A DNA stretch of 64,000 bases. Origin: a virus. Of this stretch, positions 18,511 through 27,602 are shown one piece after another. The stretch covers positions 64,001-128,000 of IMG/VR virus record IMGVR_UViG_3300037454_000906, one strand, 5' to 3'. Within the stretch, counting starts at the first letter, position 1, and the number at the start of each line of letters is the position of its first letter. The notes beneath the pieces are model-generated. The model ran no database searches. It worked only from the letters and a program-made list of their open reading frames with translations, and had not been told where the DNA came from. The position numbers and the translations under genes are program-made.

Positions 18511-18551
18511 ATTTTTATGAATAATATAAGCTGTATTATAGATACAGTGGG

Positions 18552-20542
18552 GGTTATCAACAGCTAACCTAAAATCTACCTAAATTTACTCAATTTTACC
18601 GAAATCGGCAAGTATTTTAGTGCATTTTAGGTTGAAAATCGACATAAAATTTTGTACATTGTTATAAACTTGATATATAACGGTTCGATGAATTAGTCGT
18701 GTTCTTCGTCGAGCTATAGTGGAAACCATTTCGATGGCTCGTTTGGAATTGAACACGACAATAAGTTCCTTACGAGCCATTTCTGTATTGTATGAGCAAG
18801 CATTGTTGGACATTGAAGGATCGGTATGAGTCGCAGTTCTCCGCTGCGTTCTATCCTATTCTATTGTCCGACACCAAGCGTGCCGAAATTACCCATCGTG
18901 CGGGGGAAATCCGTTCCGTAAGGAACGACATATCGGAAGTGTTCTTCTCGGATATGCTCGGCTTCCAGGATATGAGCAAGTTCGAGGCCTTTAACTTTTT
19001 CAATCCGACATTCAATACACGCCTATCTGGCCACTACTTGAAGAAGGCTATCGAGGATGTCTGGAAGGCATACCAATTACGGTTCGATGCGATCCGCAGG
19101 AAGATTGAGTTCGTCAAGGTTGAAGAGCTGGTTCCATCCTTTTACAAGATAAACACCCATGGGCATAGGAAAGGCGACCTTAAATCTATTGAAGTTCATA
19201 CCAAGAAGACAGAACTTACCAAAGTGCTGACTTGGCTTGCTCGATACGGCAAGAATGAAACCGTCTATTGGCTTGAATCCGTTATTCCTACCGTAGTAGA
19301 ATCCAAGCAGAAGTTCTATCGAGCTATACTTGATAAGATACGCAAATTTGGGTTTGACCGCCTCATGCGGTTGGCGCGGTCAAGAAGAACATCTGTATTT
19401 GCCGAATACGAGAAGCGTGGCAAGATTACCTTTGAATCGCTTACATTCTCTGGCCGTAGTCGTATCAAGCGTCCTATCGTGGATGCTCGCAGGAACGAGA
19501 CTGGTAAGTTCGATTACTTCATCGAGATTTCCTGGGATTGGAATGACCAAGGCTACCGTGGTGACAGCAAGAACACGCTATGCATGCCGTTCAAGTATAA
19601 CAAGGCATACCACCGTTCGTTGAACCGCTACTGCAACGGAACCGATACATCCTATACGATGGTAGTCCGAGGAAAGGACATCCATGTAGTTCTCGCAAGG
19701 GACGGCTACCGCTATAAGAATACTGACGAGATTACCGAAGAAAATACCGTCGGAATAGATGTCAATTCCAAGCACAACATGTTCGCATTGAGTACCGGTG
19801 AGTTCATCCCGAACGACGATGCCTTGATTGCCGACCTTGAAACCGAGTTGCTCAAGATAGACCGGAAGCAGAAGAACTACAACGTCAAATTCAAGGAAGA
19901 CGAAGAGCATGAAGCGTTCAAGATATCCAAGAAGGACAAGGCTCGCATCGAAGCTATTACATTGAAGCTGAACGAGTCCAACAAGCGAGCTATCGTACTG
20001 CTTTGCCAAGCATTTGCCGCTAAAGGAATCAAGCACATCGCAATGGAGAACCTCGATGGTTTCCAAGGCAGAAGGCTCCATGCTGATGACTCAAAAGGAT
20101 TTAATCTAGGAAGGTTGCATCTAAGGACTGGACTATCCTCGTTGAAGGACGAGTTCATCCATATTGCACCGCATTACGGACTGTCGGTTTCACTTGTGCA
20201 ACCCGAATACACTTCCAAGATGTGCGGTGAGTGCGGTTGCATCGACGACCGGAACCGCCAGACACAAGAAGAATTTTGCTGTGTTGAATGCCATCATGCG
20301 GAAAACGCGGATATTCATTCAGCCAAGAATATTAAAGTCCGTCTTACCTCGACCGTGTTAAGAGGGAACTTGCTCGAAAGGGCAGGGGATAGCGGATATA
20401 GGTACTTCCAGCCAAAGAGCTTGTTCAGGTGGCAAGTAAGGAAGTGCCTAGAAAAATGCCGTTGCGATGGTCTTCTCAAACGGACCATAGGAAATCACGA
20501 AAACCTTACTGTGAGTAGGTTTGAGTAGATTTCAGTCAACGG
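18552..20542 (+). mobile_element. IS607-like TnpB-only element (no TnpA)
   Basis: GTGGG-GG left junction and AAC-GG right junction. ~10-bp direct repeats (TCTACCTAAA-like) at the left end, inverted at the right end. Removal restores an in-frame minus-strand ORF. Confidence 0.75.
18792..20528 (+). CDS. tnpB: TnpB RNA-guided endonuclease (578 aa)
   Basis: RuvC-I GIDVN, RuvC-II AMENL, zinc finger CGECG...CVEC, RuvC-III NADIHSAKNI; catalytic D-E-D intact. Confidence 0.9.
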   Translation: MSKHCWTLKDRYESQFSAAFYPILLSDTKRAEITHRAGEIRSVRNDISEVFFSDMLGFQDMSKFEAFNFFNPTFNTRLSGHYLKKAIEDVWKAYQLRFDAIRRKIEFVKVEELVPSFYKINTHGHRKGDLKSIEVHTKKTELTKVLTWLARYGKNETVYWLESVIPTVVESKQKFYRAILDKIRKFGFDRLMRLARSRRTSVFAEYEKRGKITFESLTFSGRSRIKRPIVDARRNETGKFDYFIEISWDWNDQGYRGDSKNTLCMPFKYNKAYHRSLNRYCNGTDTSYTMVVRGKDIHVVLARDGYRYKNTDEITEENTVGIDVNSKHNMFALSTGEFIPNDDALIADLETELLKIDRKQKNYNVKFKEDEEHEAFKISKKDKARIEAITLKLNESNKRAIVLLCQAFAAKGIKHIAMENLDGFQGRRLHADDSKGFNLGRLHLRTGLSSLKDEFIHIAPHYGLSVSLVQPEYTSKMCGECGCIDDRNRQTQEEFCCVECHHAENADIHSAKNIKVRLTSTVLRGNLLERAGDSGYRYFQPKSLFRWQVRKCLEKCRCDGLLKRTIGNHENLTVSRFE

Positions 20543-20660
20543 TAGCATGCATGTCGTCGGGCACGGTAATCATGTCCCGGAGGAACTTGCACAGTTCAGG
20601 GAAAGTTGTCGGCATGCGCTTGACTAAGTCGGATAACACCGGATTGTATATTTTATCCAT
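20532..20660 (-). pseudogene. 5' part of a small gene interrupted by the TnpB element
   Basis: MDKIYNP...DDMHAT continues in frame as PTVSIIQLILF beyond 18551 once the element is removed. Confidence 0.45.
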
Positions 20661-20668
20661 ATGACGCC

Positions 20669-21169
20669 TCATATGCACTTGACGATTGTACCGTTGTATG
20701 TTCCCAGTTCCATCATGTCCCTGATGGCGGCTTCCCTGGTGTCGGCAAACGATATAACGTACCGTTCGTCGAGGTCGTAAACATCGTAGCCTTTGTTGGT
20801 TTTCCGGATGGCGAACCTGGCGGACTGGATGGAATAGCACGGCTTTCCGGTTTCGGTGAACAGGTCGGCCTCACGGAAAGGTTCCTGGAGCCAGTCGAGC
20901 AGGGCTTTGGCACCGACCATGGCGTCATAGAATGTCTTGAACCTGGCGAAAGCGAGGAACACGAACTGGCTCCGGTGTAATCCGTCGCCCCTGGACCTGG
21001 GGATGGCGGGGTTGTCATCCCTGAGAGCCAGCGAGAAGTACCCGTTGTGCCTGTCGACCACCTTGATTTTAGTGTGCTTGGGGGACCATAGGCGCCAGTT
21101 CTTGTTGGCGTAAAATGGTCGTTGTGAGTCGTGTTTTGCAATGATGTGCTCAATTACGCCGCTCATCAT
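20669..21169 (-). CDS. hypothetical protein
   Basis: ORF track, operon context. Confidence 0.7.
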   Translation of the reverse strand: MMSGVIEHIIAKHDSQRPFYANKNWRLWSPKHTKIKVVDRHNGYFSLALRDDNPAIPRSRGDGLHRSQFVFLAFARFKTFYDAMVGAKALLDWLQEPFREADLFTETGKPCYSIQSARFAIRKTNKGYDVYDLDERYVISFADTREAAIRDMMELGTYNGTIVKCI

Positions 21170-21969
21170 AGTTTGCCCCCGTTGATATTCTTCAAGGCGT
21201 ATTCCGGCCGGTTGAATTCCGCACGGGAAAGCATCTTGTTGAACCGTGTCAGTTCCCTGGTGATGTAGGACTTCATGTTCTTCATGTTGCTCTTCAGTGG
21301 GCCCCTATACGTGTTGGACATGGATACCTGGAAGTTGTGGACGTACACGACGGTAGACAGCGACTCGGAATGCTTGAAACCGAACGTGCCGTCCTTCTTG
21401 ATGGTCGGTTCACCGGTTACCCAGAGATCCATGTATCCTTCCCCCGTGATGTTGAGCCGCATCCCAACACTCTTGTGGTCATCGGTGAAGATGGTACTGA
21501 TACGGTAGTCGCGTTTCGTATCTTGTTCAGATAAAGTGGCGAAGTCCTTAGAGACACATTCGGTGGCCGCCTTGTAGATGAGCTGCAGGATCCAGATCTG
21601 CCATGCAGGGGGCGTGATTGCGGTGTCGGGAGCGGTGAACACCGGGTTCATGTCAGCCATGAACAGGGTGAAGTGCAGGTTGTGGAATGCGTTAAGGAGG
21701 TTCACATCCCACGGTAAGTTCTTCATCTTAAAAACGGCGCGATCCCGGAGGGGCATGCAGTATTTGTATGCCTCGAACGTGGACATGATGGGGGTCATCG
21801 AACCGTTGGCCATGTAGTTGACCAGGTAAGTCGTTGTGCGGGCAGATGCACTGGCGGGGAGGTCACTGTCAGGTTCGAACATTGTGCCCACGTCATCATC
21901 AGACGGGTGCCACTCACCATCCAGGTCACCCCTGGTCCAGTTCAAACGATTTTCTTCGATAAAGTCCAT
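21166..21969 (-). CDS. hypothetical protein
   Basis: ORF track, RBS. Confidence 0.75.
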   Translation of the reverse strand: MDFIEENRLNWTRGDLDGEWHPSDDDVGTMFEPDSDLPASASARTTTYLVNYMANGSMTPIMSTFEAYKYCMPLRDRAVFKMKNLPWDVNLLNAFHNLHFTLFMADMNPVFTAPDTAITPPAWQIWILQLIYKAATECVSKDFATLSEQDTKRDYRISTIFTDDHKSVGMRLNITGEGYMDLWVTGEPTIKKDGTFGFKHSESLSTVVYVHNFQVSMSNTYRGPLKSNMKNMKSYITRELTRFNKMLSRAEFNRPEYALKNINGGKL

Positions 21970-21970
21970 G

Positions 21971-22270
21971 TTATTCCTCCGTGCACTCGATTGTTTCCGG
22001 GTATGGGTAGTTTTCCATGGCGCCGCTTCCGCTATGATGTCCGGGGCGCGGGTGATGGTAGGAGAAGTTATTGCCTATCTTGCACCTGAGCTTCTTCGCC
22101 GGCACCTGTGTCTCGATGCAGACGGCATCGAGGGTTCTCCCCCTGTGATAGAATGCAGAGAGGATTTTTGACTTTGCGGCCTCGCACTGCTGCAATGTTG
22201 GGAATTTGAGGTCGGCGTTGGCCGAGTAGCCGTTGATGGAAAATACGAGAATGAATATTGCTTTTACCAT
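21971..22270 (-). CDS. small protein with signal-peptide-like N-terminus
   Basis: MVKAIFILVFSING hydrophobic N-terminus; Cys pairs. Confidence 0.6.
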   Translation of the reverse strand: MVKAIFILVFSINGYSANADLKFPTLQQCEAAKSKILSAFYHRGRTLDAVCIETQVPAKKLRCKIGNNFSYHHPRPGHHSGSGAMENYPYPETIECTEE

Positions 22271-22274
22271 TTTG

Positions 22275-23420
22275 TTATCCTTCGTACCAGGGTTTGAGAA
22301 CTTCCATTTTCATTTCGCTAAAACGGGGTGAAGCGTTGCGGAATCCCAGATCGTATGTCTTGTCCACGCGCTTTTGGATCATGTCCTTGGCGATGCGTTC
22401 GGCTTCTTCCGGGGTAGTTGCACTGACCTTGACATGCACGTTGGCCACGACCGGGACTGTGAAGCGGTAGTTCACAACAGGATCCGGACGTTCGAACTTG
22501 GAGATGTCTACAAGGTAATCGTCAATCTGGCGCACTTTCGCACGTTCAGGCTTCTTGCTCCATGATTCCATGCTCTTGTACTCTTCCTCAAATTCCATGC
22601 TCTTGTACTCTTCCTCAATCCAGTCCTTTACCACTCCGCGCCCGTATTCGGCCAGTTCGTCATAGGACATCCCGAATAGCTTCTTCGGCACTTCGAGTGT
22701 ACAGGGGCCGTGATGAAAGGGCCATTCGACATCTACCTTGATATAGTCGGAATCTTCTGGGGTACCGAACAGGTAAAACCCGGTAAACACGATGTCATCC
22801 TCGTGATTCCACCTTCCACCGTGGAGAGTATTGAGACGAAGGCGGGACACGACGACGATTGGCCAAATAACCTTATTGGCAAGAGCTTGGTATTCATGTC
22901 GCAGATTGTGGACCTTTTTGTCCTTGAAATCATCTAAATCCTTACCCTCGTACGGCTTGATTGCATCGTTGAACTTGGCGAGGATATCTTTGAGCTTCGC
23001 ATACAATGTGGCGTAGTCGGGAAATTCCTTGCGGTTTTCCTCGATTTGCGTGCGCAACTTTTCCACTTCGGCGCGATAGGAAATCTGTACTCCCTCGATG
23101 GCCTTCAGGATTGGCTTACGGAGATACGGGCTGTACACGCCCTTGGCGCAGCCGCGCTTGTTAGAGCTCGGGGAATACTCCCTGGTTGTCAGCATGGCAT
23201 ACGGGATACGGCAGTCTGGATTATATTCCGGGCCATCGAACCTGACATACCACTTGTCCATGGATAGCCAAGCAATCTGGATTCCATACCAGGTGACGGT
23301 ACCCGTATCCGCATCGCATAGACCAAATTCGTTTACCGAAATTCCGGGGATGTCCCCGATGGTTTCCCTGGCGGTCTTTATCGCCTGTTTTACAATAGGA
23401 TTGTTGCTCTCTGTACTCAT
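22275..23420 (-). CDS. hypothetical protein (contains EEEYKSME tandem duplication)
   Basis: Start MSTESNN downstream of promoter at 23439-23467. Confidence 0.75.
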   Translation of the reverse strand: MSTESNNPIVKQAIKTARETIGDIPGISVNEFGLCDADTGTVTWYGIQIAWLSMDKWYVRFDGPEYNPDCRIPYAMLTTREYSPSSNKRGCAKGVYSPYLRKPILKAIEGVQISYRAEVEKLRTQIEENRKEFPDYATLYAKLKDILAKFNDAIKPYEGKDLDDFKDKKVHNLRHEYQALANKVIWPIVVVSRLRLNTLHGGRWNHEDDIVFTGFYLFGTPEDSDYIKVDVEWPFHHGPCTLEVPKKLFGMSYDELAEYGRGVVKDWIEEEYKSMEFEEEYKSMESWSKKPERAKVRQIDDYLVDISKFERPDPVVNYRFTVPVVANVHVKVSATTPEEAERIAKDMIQKRVDKTYDLGFRNASPRFSEMKMEVLKPWYEG

Positions 23421-23438
23421 ATTAGTTTCCTTGTACAA

Positions 23439-23467
23439 AATGTAGCAAAAAGGGCCCGGTTTGACAA
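23439..23467 (-). promoter_or_regulatory. sigma70-type promoter overlapping the CRISPR-array terminator
   Basis: TTGTCA-N17-TACATT with TGC extension; hairpin GGGTCCGG-TTGTCAAA-CCGGGCCC-TTTTT at 23447-23475. Confidence 0.7.
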
Positions 23468-23514
23468 CCGGACCCATGTGTCAAGATTTGTTGACATGCT
23501 ACGACTAACATTCT

Positions 23515-23991
23515 GTCGTCCCCGGGCTTCAAACTACGCCCGGTTCGAGCAAGATTCTGGAACGCAACGGCTGCTGTCCTCGGGTTTCAAACTACGCCCG
23601 GTTCGAGCTTCAGACCTAAAAATGCCCATTTTAGGGTGCTGTCTCCGGGCTTCAAACTACGCCCGGTTCGAGCAGTCGGAAAAATACATGTACAAACTGC
23701 CTGGCTGTCTCCAAGTTTCAAACTACACCCGGTTCGAGCGCCTCTTAAAATACCCCAGCTGTCCCCGGGTTTCAAACTACACCCGGTTCGAGCTTAACTG
23801 ACAGAACATCTTCTGTCCAGCCTGCTGTCCCTGGGTTTCAAACTACACCCGGTTCGAGCTAACAACGATGTAATAGGTGTCACTTGGGGGCTGTCCCTGG
23901 GTTTCAGACTACACCCGGTTCGAGCGAACTTTTACGGCCTTCTCGCTTTGATGATGCTGTCCCTGGGTTTCAGACTACACCCGGTTCGAGC
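23515..23991 (-). CRISPR. CRISPR array, 8 repeats (36 nt), 7 spacers
   Basis: Repeats start at 23515, 23573, 23638, 23704, 23758, 23824, 23890, 23956. Transcribed consensus GCTCGAACCGGGTGTAGTTTGAAACCCAGGGACAGC. Spacers 22, 29, 30, 18, 30, 30, 30 nt. The repeat at 23515 is most degenerate, so the leader is on the cas side. Confidence 0.95.
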
Positions 23992-24027
23992 ACATTTTGC
24001 ATAAGTCCCCGTTGGCCAAATAGTTAA

Positions 24028-24313
24028 CCGTTAACTGAAACCTACCTAAATCTACCAAGAGATAGACTTATGTGATTTCCTACCTTGCCCATCACTGGGT
24101 AGGCCGTAACGGCACTTAATCAACCGTATCTACGCGATATACCTAATATGCATCAAGCAACACGGCTGACTTGCCTAGTCCTACTCCATTACTGAAGAGC
24201 CTTAACACGGTCGGCATATCAAACTAGGCATTATTAAATATACATTATTTCCATTGCATATTTAAGTATGTTTAGTTAAATTTTATTAACATTTTCATTA
24301 ACAGCTAACAACC
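24028..24313 (-). mobile_element. non-autonomous IS607-like omegaRNA element, copy 2, in the CRISPR leader
   Basis: Near-identical to 7106-7393 with different flanks; TGTG-GG...AAC-GG junctions. Confidence 0.8.
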
Positions 24314-24345
24314 CACATAAAATAATAAAAAACTGGCATTCAAGA

Positions 24346-27030
24346 TTACCTGAACATGAATTTCTGGTTCTTCACACAGCATGCGCTATTCTCGTCGGCA
24401 TACTGGTACATGCCGTACCAGGGAGACTCCGGTACGAATGTGATGAACGTGCGTCCACTGCGGTAGTTCCACCCGTTCATGCGGCATCCTTCGATTCCTG
24501 CAGTCCGTACCTTGGCCTTTGTGACCGTCTTGGGCAAGCCCACCATCGTGTAGTGGTCGGTGAATGACGTGCCCCTCTTGTCAACTGTTCCGAAGAGGAT
24601 CTTTCGCTTGGCGCACATCTTCTCCATAGCCTTGCCCTCTATGGATATGTGGAGAGACTTGATCAACCTGCCGTCGGCCCTGGCAATCGCTCTTAGCTCG
24701 ATGAATTCCCTGGTGGCGGAGCATTTCATCTTCACCGCACCGTTCCTTACGTAAACCTTGTCACATACCCAGAGGTCACTGCAGCGGTCGGCAGCGTTCT
24801 TTATGGTCTTTGCGGTATGGCCCTTGGGGCACGGGAACGTCACGTCAGCGGAATACCCATCTGGGGAAAACGTGATGTCCGGGATGAAGTCCGCGCCTTC
24901 AAACCATCCCTTGGTGATAACTCTAAAGAGACTCTTCACCTTGCGGTCCTTCTCTCCGTTGAAATTGAGGTCATTTTCCATCTTGATGACCTTCAGGCGC
25001 TTCTTGCCGAATTCCGTATCAAGGAAACAGATAGAACGGATGCGTGCCATGTTGCTGTCGATGCGGTTGTCTATGGCATGGCGCTCGTTCAGGAGTGCCG
25101 CGGCTTCCGCCGTTTCCGAGAACTTGCCGGTATGTTTGAGGGACCATTCGGACTGTTTGGCGTAGTATCTCTCGTAGCCGACAATCTGTTCCTTGATCAG
25201 CCTGCGCTGGATGAAGGTGTAATCCACGATTTCGCGCTTCCTGGTGCCGCTATGGTACTTGCTGCGGAGATAAGCGAAGAAGCCGACGAGAGGATCCACG
25301 GGGGTCTTCCACCCGTTCTCCCTGATACCAACGAGTCCATAACGGATGCCAAGTGTCAGCATGAATGCATAGCGGTGAACACTGTCCTTCTTCGGTCGTT
25401 CGTGGACGGCGCGGTACATGACTTCGAGTTCGCCAATGACCGCGTCGATTTCCCTGCGGCACAAGGTGGTGCGGGCAAGTTCCTTCTCGATTATCCCGTT
25501 ATCATGGAACTTCTCGTAATATTCGGCCAGCTCGCCTACCCAGTCGACAACGTCGCCCATGAGGTTTACTGGAATCGACGTGTTGTAAAAGAAAACCGCG
25601 GTATTGAGGTCGATGCCAACCACCGATTCCTTGTCCATCTTGGTCTCGTCGCTAATCTTGATTTCGGTGGATTCCACGCTTCCCGCAACCGATCCCGTGA
25701 ATTCGGCATGTCTAGGGCACTTGCGGAACCCGGTGGGGGAAATAATGTCTTCGGGCATGAAGGCGGACTTGGGCAGGGACACCGTGACCGTGGGCGTTTC
25801 CTTGAGTGCCTTCTCGATGCCGGCGAAATAGGGGAACTTGCCGACCCTGGACTGGGAACGGGTCTTCATGAGGAGCGTAGCGGAAGCACATTCGTCGCCG
25901 GTCACCGGAAGCTGCGGGATAACCAGTTCGGAATTGTAGTATCCGTCCTTGTGCACGTCGAGGTTCACGATGCAGTGGTCCATGGGGACTGCTGTGTTGT
26001 CGGAGAGCTTGACACACCCCATGTTTTCGATGAACACCCGCATCGCCGCACGGTAGGCCTTGTTGAACTTTTCGATGTCCGTTGGCTTTTCAATCTTTAC
26101 CTTCTTGCCACATACCTTGGCGTAGGGGAACGCATCCTCCCCATTCTTGTTCTTCTTGTCCCATATGGCCAGGGACGGCATTCGCTTGTTTAGGTACGAA
26201 TGGGTGTCGGGCCCGACCTGCTCCAGTTGGGCGGCGAGCATCTGAACATTTTCCGGCATGTGTTTCCAGTTGTCGAATTTCCGCTCAGGATCGTCGCCGT
26301 TCCACCCGAGGGACAGCTTGATGGAATTGCGGAACAGCTTGTCGTCGTAACCTTCCCCCACGTTACGGAGCATCTTCGCGCCGACAAAGGCGCGTAGCTT
26401 CCCGTTGACCATCGTGTTCACGATTGCGCCGGATACGAATGCGGAAGCGCAGAACTGCATTTCGTCGGGGTCGATGCCGGCGAGGGCCGCATAGGACTTC
26501 CTCAGCACGGATTCGACATCGCTGGTAGTGACGCCGAAAAGTTTCCGGTAATAACCGCTGGGGCTGAACAGGGAATACGAGAGGTATGCCCCCTGGCGCA
26601 GGTGGGTGACCGGGATCTCGATATCCCTGCCACGGATCTTGGCCACATGGCATTCCTTTCCCCTGGTCTTTCCGATAATGCGCCCATCGGACATTACGAC
26701 ATCGAAGTTGTTCTTGTATTCGTTGAGTGCCTGGTTACGGAGGTCATACAGGTCCCAGATGTAGAACTTTTCGTACCGCCCGTCCTTGAGCCTGATGTCG
26801 ATCGTATCAAAAAAGTGCTTGCCGATTGTTTCCACCGCAAACTTTGCAGCGGATACAGCCGCCTTCGATAGGTTGCTTATCCTCGTGGCATCGGTTTCAT
26901 TCATTGCGGCAATTTCGCACTTGTAGCCCCGAGTCTTCTTGTTTGCTTCGGGCGCGAAGGTGGAATAGGTGATTCCCCTATTCACACGGACCGTCGGTTC
27001 TATTTTCGGTTTACTGCGTTTCATTTTCAC
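24346..27030 (-). CDS. cas12: type V CRISPR effector, Cas-lambda/Cas12L-like (894 aa)
   Basis: RuvC-I VVGIDLN, RuvC-II KMENDL, RuvC-III YADENSA; adjacent co-oriented array; YYAKQSEW, IKSLH, GTSFTDH and KAKVR motifs resemble Cas-lambda as recalled; no cas1/cas2 in window. Confidence 0.8.
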   Translation of the reverse strand: MKMKRSKPKIEPTVRVNRGITYSTFAPEANKKTRGYKCEIAAMNETDATRISNLSKAAVSAAKFAVETIGKHFFDTIDIRLKDGRYEKFYIWDLYDLRNQALNEYKNNFDVVMSDGRIIGKTRGKECHVAKIRGRDIEIPVTHLRQGAYLSYSLFSPSGYYRKLFGVTTSDVESVLRKSYAALAGIDPDEMQFCASAFVSGAIVNTMVNGKLRAFVGAKMLRNVGEGYDDKLFRNSIKLSLGWNGDDPERKFDNWKHMPENVQMLAAQLEQVGPDTHSYLNKRMPSLAIWDKKNKNGEDAFPYAKVCGKKVKIEKPTDIEKFNKAYRAAMRVFIENMGCVKLSDNTAVPMDHCIVNLDVHKDGYYNSELVIPQLPVTGDECASATLLMKTRSQSRVGKFPYFAGIEKALKETPTVTVSLPKSAFMPEDIISPTGFRKCPRHAEFTGSVAGSVESTEIKISDETKMDKESVVGIDLNTAVFFYNTSIPVNLMGDVVDWVGELAEYYEKFHDNGIIEKELARTTLCRREIDAVIGELEVMYRAVHERPKKDSVHRYAFMLTLGIRYGLVGIRENGWKTPVDPLVGFFAYLRSKYHSGTRKREIVDYTFIQRRLIKEQIVGYERYYAKQSEWSLKHTGKFSETAEAAALLNERHAIDNRIDSNMARIRSICFLDTEFGKKRLKVIKMENDLNFNGEKDRKVKSLFRVITKGWFEGADFIPDITFSPDGYSADVTFPCPKGHTAKTIKNAADRCSDLWVCDKVYVRNGAVKMKCSATREFIELRAIARADGRLIKSLHISIEGKAMEKMCAKRKILFGTVDKRGTSFTDHYTMVGLPKTVTKAKVRTAGIEGCRMNGWNYRSGRTFITFVPESPWYGMYQYADENSACCVKNQKFMFR

Positions 27031-27036
27031 TCTCGT

Positions 27037-27285
27037 TTATTGAAATTTCCTTCCGAACATTGAGATACCATGGGCTTCCCAGTCGCACAGTTGCAATGGG
27101 ATCGGGTTGTCTTTTACAGCGTCATCCCCATACTGCTTACGAAGAGCTTCGCGAGCATCATCCGGAAGGGTGGAAATATCCCGAAAATAGAAATAGACGG
27201 TCACCGTGTTAGAGTCCTCCCAGTATTTCTTCGGGAAGGGCCTCTTGAACACAGCGAACCATATACGTTTAGATGACTCAGCCAT
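27037..27285 (-). CDS. hypothetical protein
   Basis: Start MAESSK; directly upstream of cas12. Confidence 0.65.
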   Translation of the reverse strand: MAESSKRIWFAVFKRPFPKKYWEDSNTVTVYFYFRDISTLPDDAREALRKQYGDDAVKDNPIPLQLCDWEAHGISMFGRKFQ

Positions 27286-27286
27286 C

Positions 27287-27595
27287 TTATTGCCCGATGA
27301 CGAGCTCCTTATATTTTTCGAGTTGATATTTGACGGAATCATATACTTCTTTGATTGTCATGTTCTCGCCATACACCTTCCTGATGGCAGAAATTTGATC
27401 CATGCGTTCTACGCAGTGCACGTAGACGCCCAGATCATTCATCTTTTCATACCGGTTAGCTGGCGAGTCCTTTACCGATGACATCTGGTTTAGGAGTTTA
27501 CGCAGGCCCTTTTTCGATGACATCTGTTTTAGGCGTTTACACAGTGTTCCGGCAGTCATCGTAAGATTTGTTGTTGCCTGTTTTTCTTTAGCCAT
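27287..27595 (-). CDS. hypothetical basic protein
   Basis: ORF track, RBS. Confidence 0.65.
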   Translation of the reverse strand: MAKEKQATTNLTMTAGTLCKRLKQMSSKKGLRKLLNQMSSVKDSPANRYEKMNDLGVYVHCVERMDQISAIRKVYGENMTIKEVYDSVKYQLEKYKELVIGQ

Positions 27596-27602
27596 ATTTT
27601 CC

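Noticed and set aside
22566-22620. EEEYKSME tandem duplication
   Set aside because: A simple ~27-bp in-frame duplication with no further structure.
23478-23801. 107-aa ORF with SNYARFE repeats
   Set aside because: It is a translation of the CRISPR repeats.
23794-23823. Spacer self-targeting the IS607-like element end (shared TTAACTGA)
   Set aside because: Only 8 nt match. No full spacer match was seen in the window by eye; the search was not exhaustive.
24817-26193. 458-aa plus-strand ORF and other long antisense ORFs (e.g. 41378-42427, 31869-32579)
   Set aside because: Shadow frames of well-supported opposite-strand genes in GC-rich DNA; no motifs or RBS.
24346-27030. Cas13 (type VI-B) assignment suggested by repeat shape
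   Set aside because: No convincing pair of HEPN RxxxxH motifs; a RuvC triad is present.
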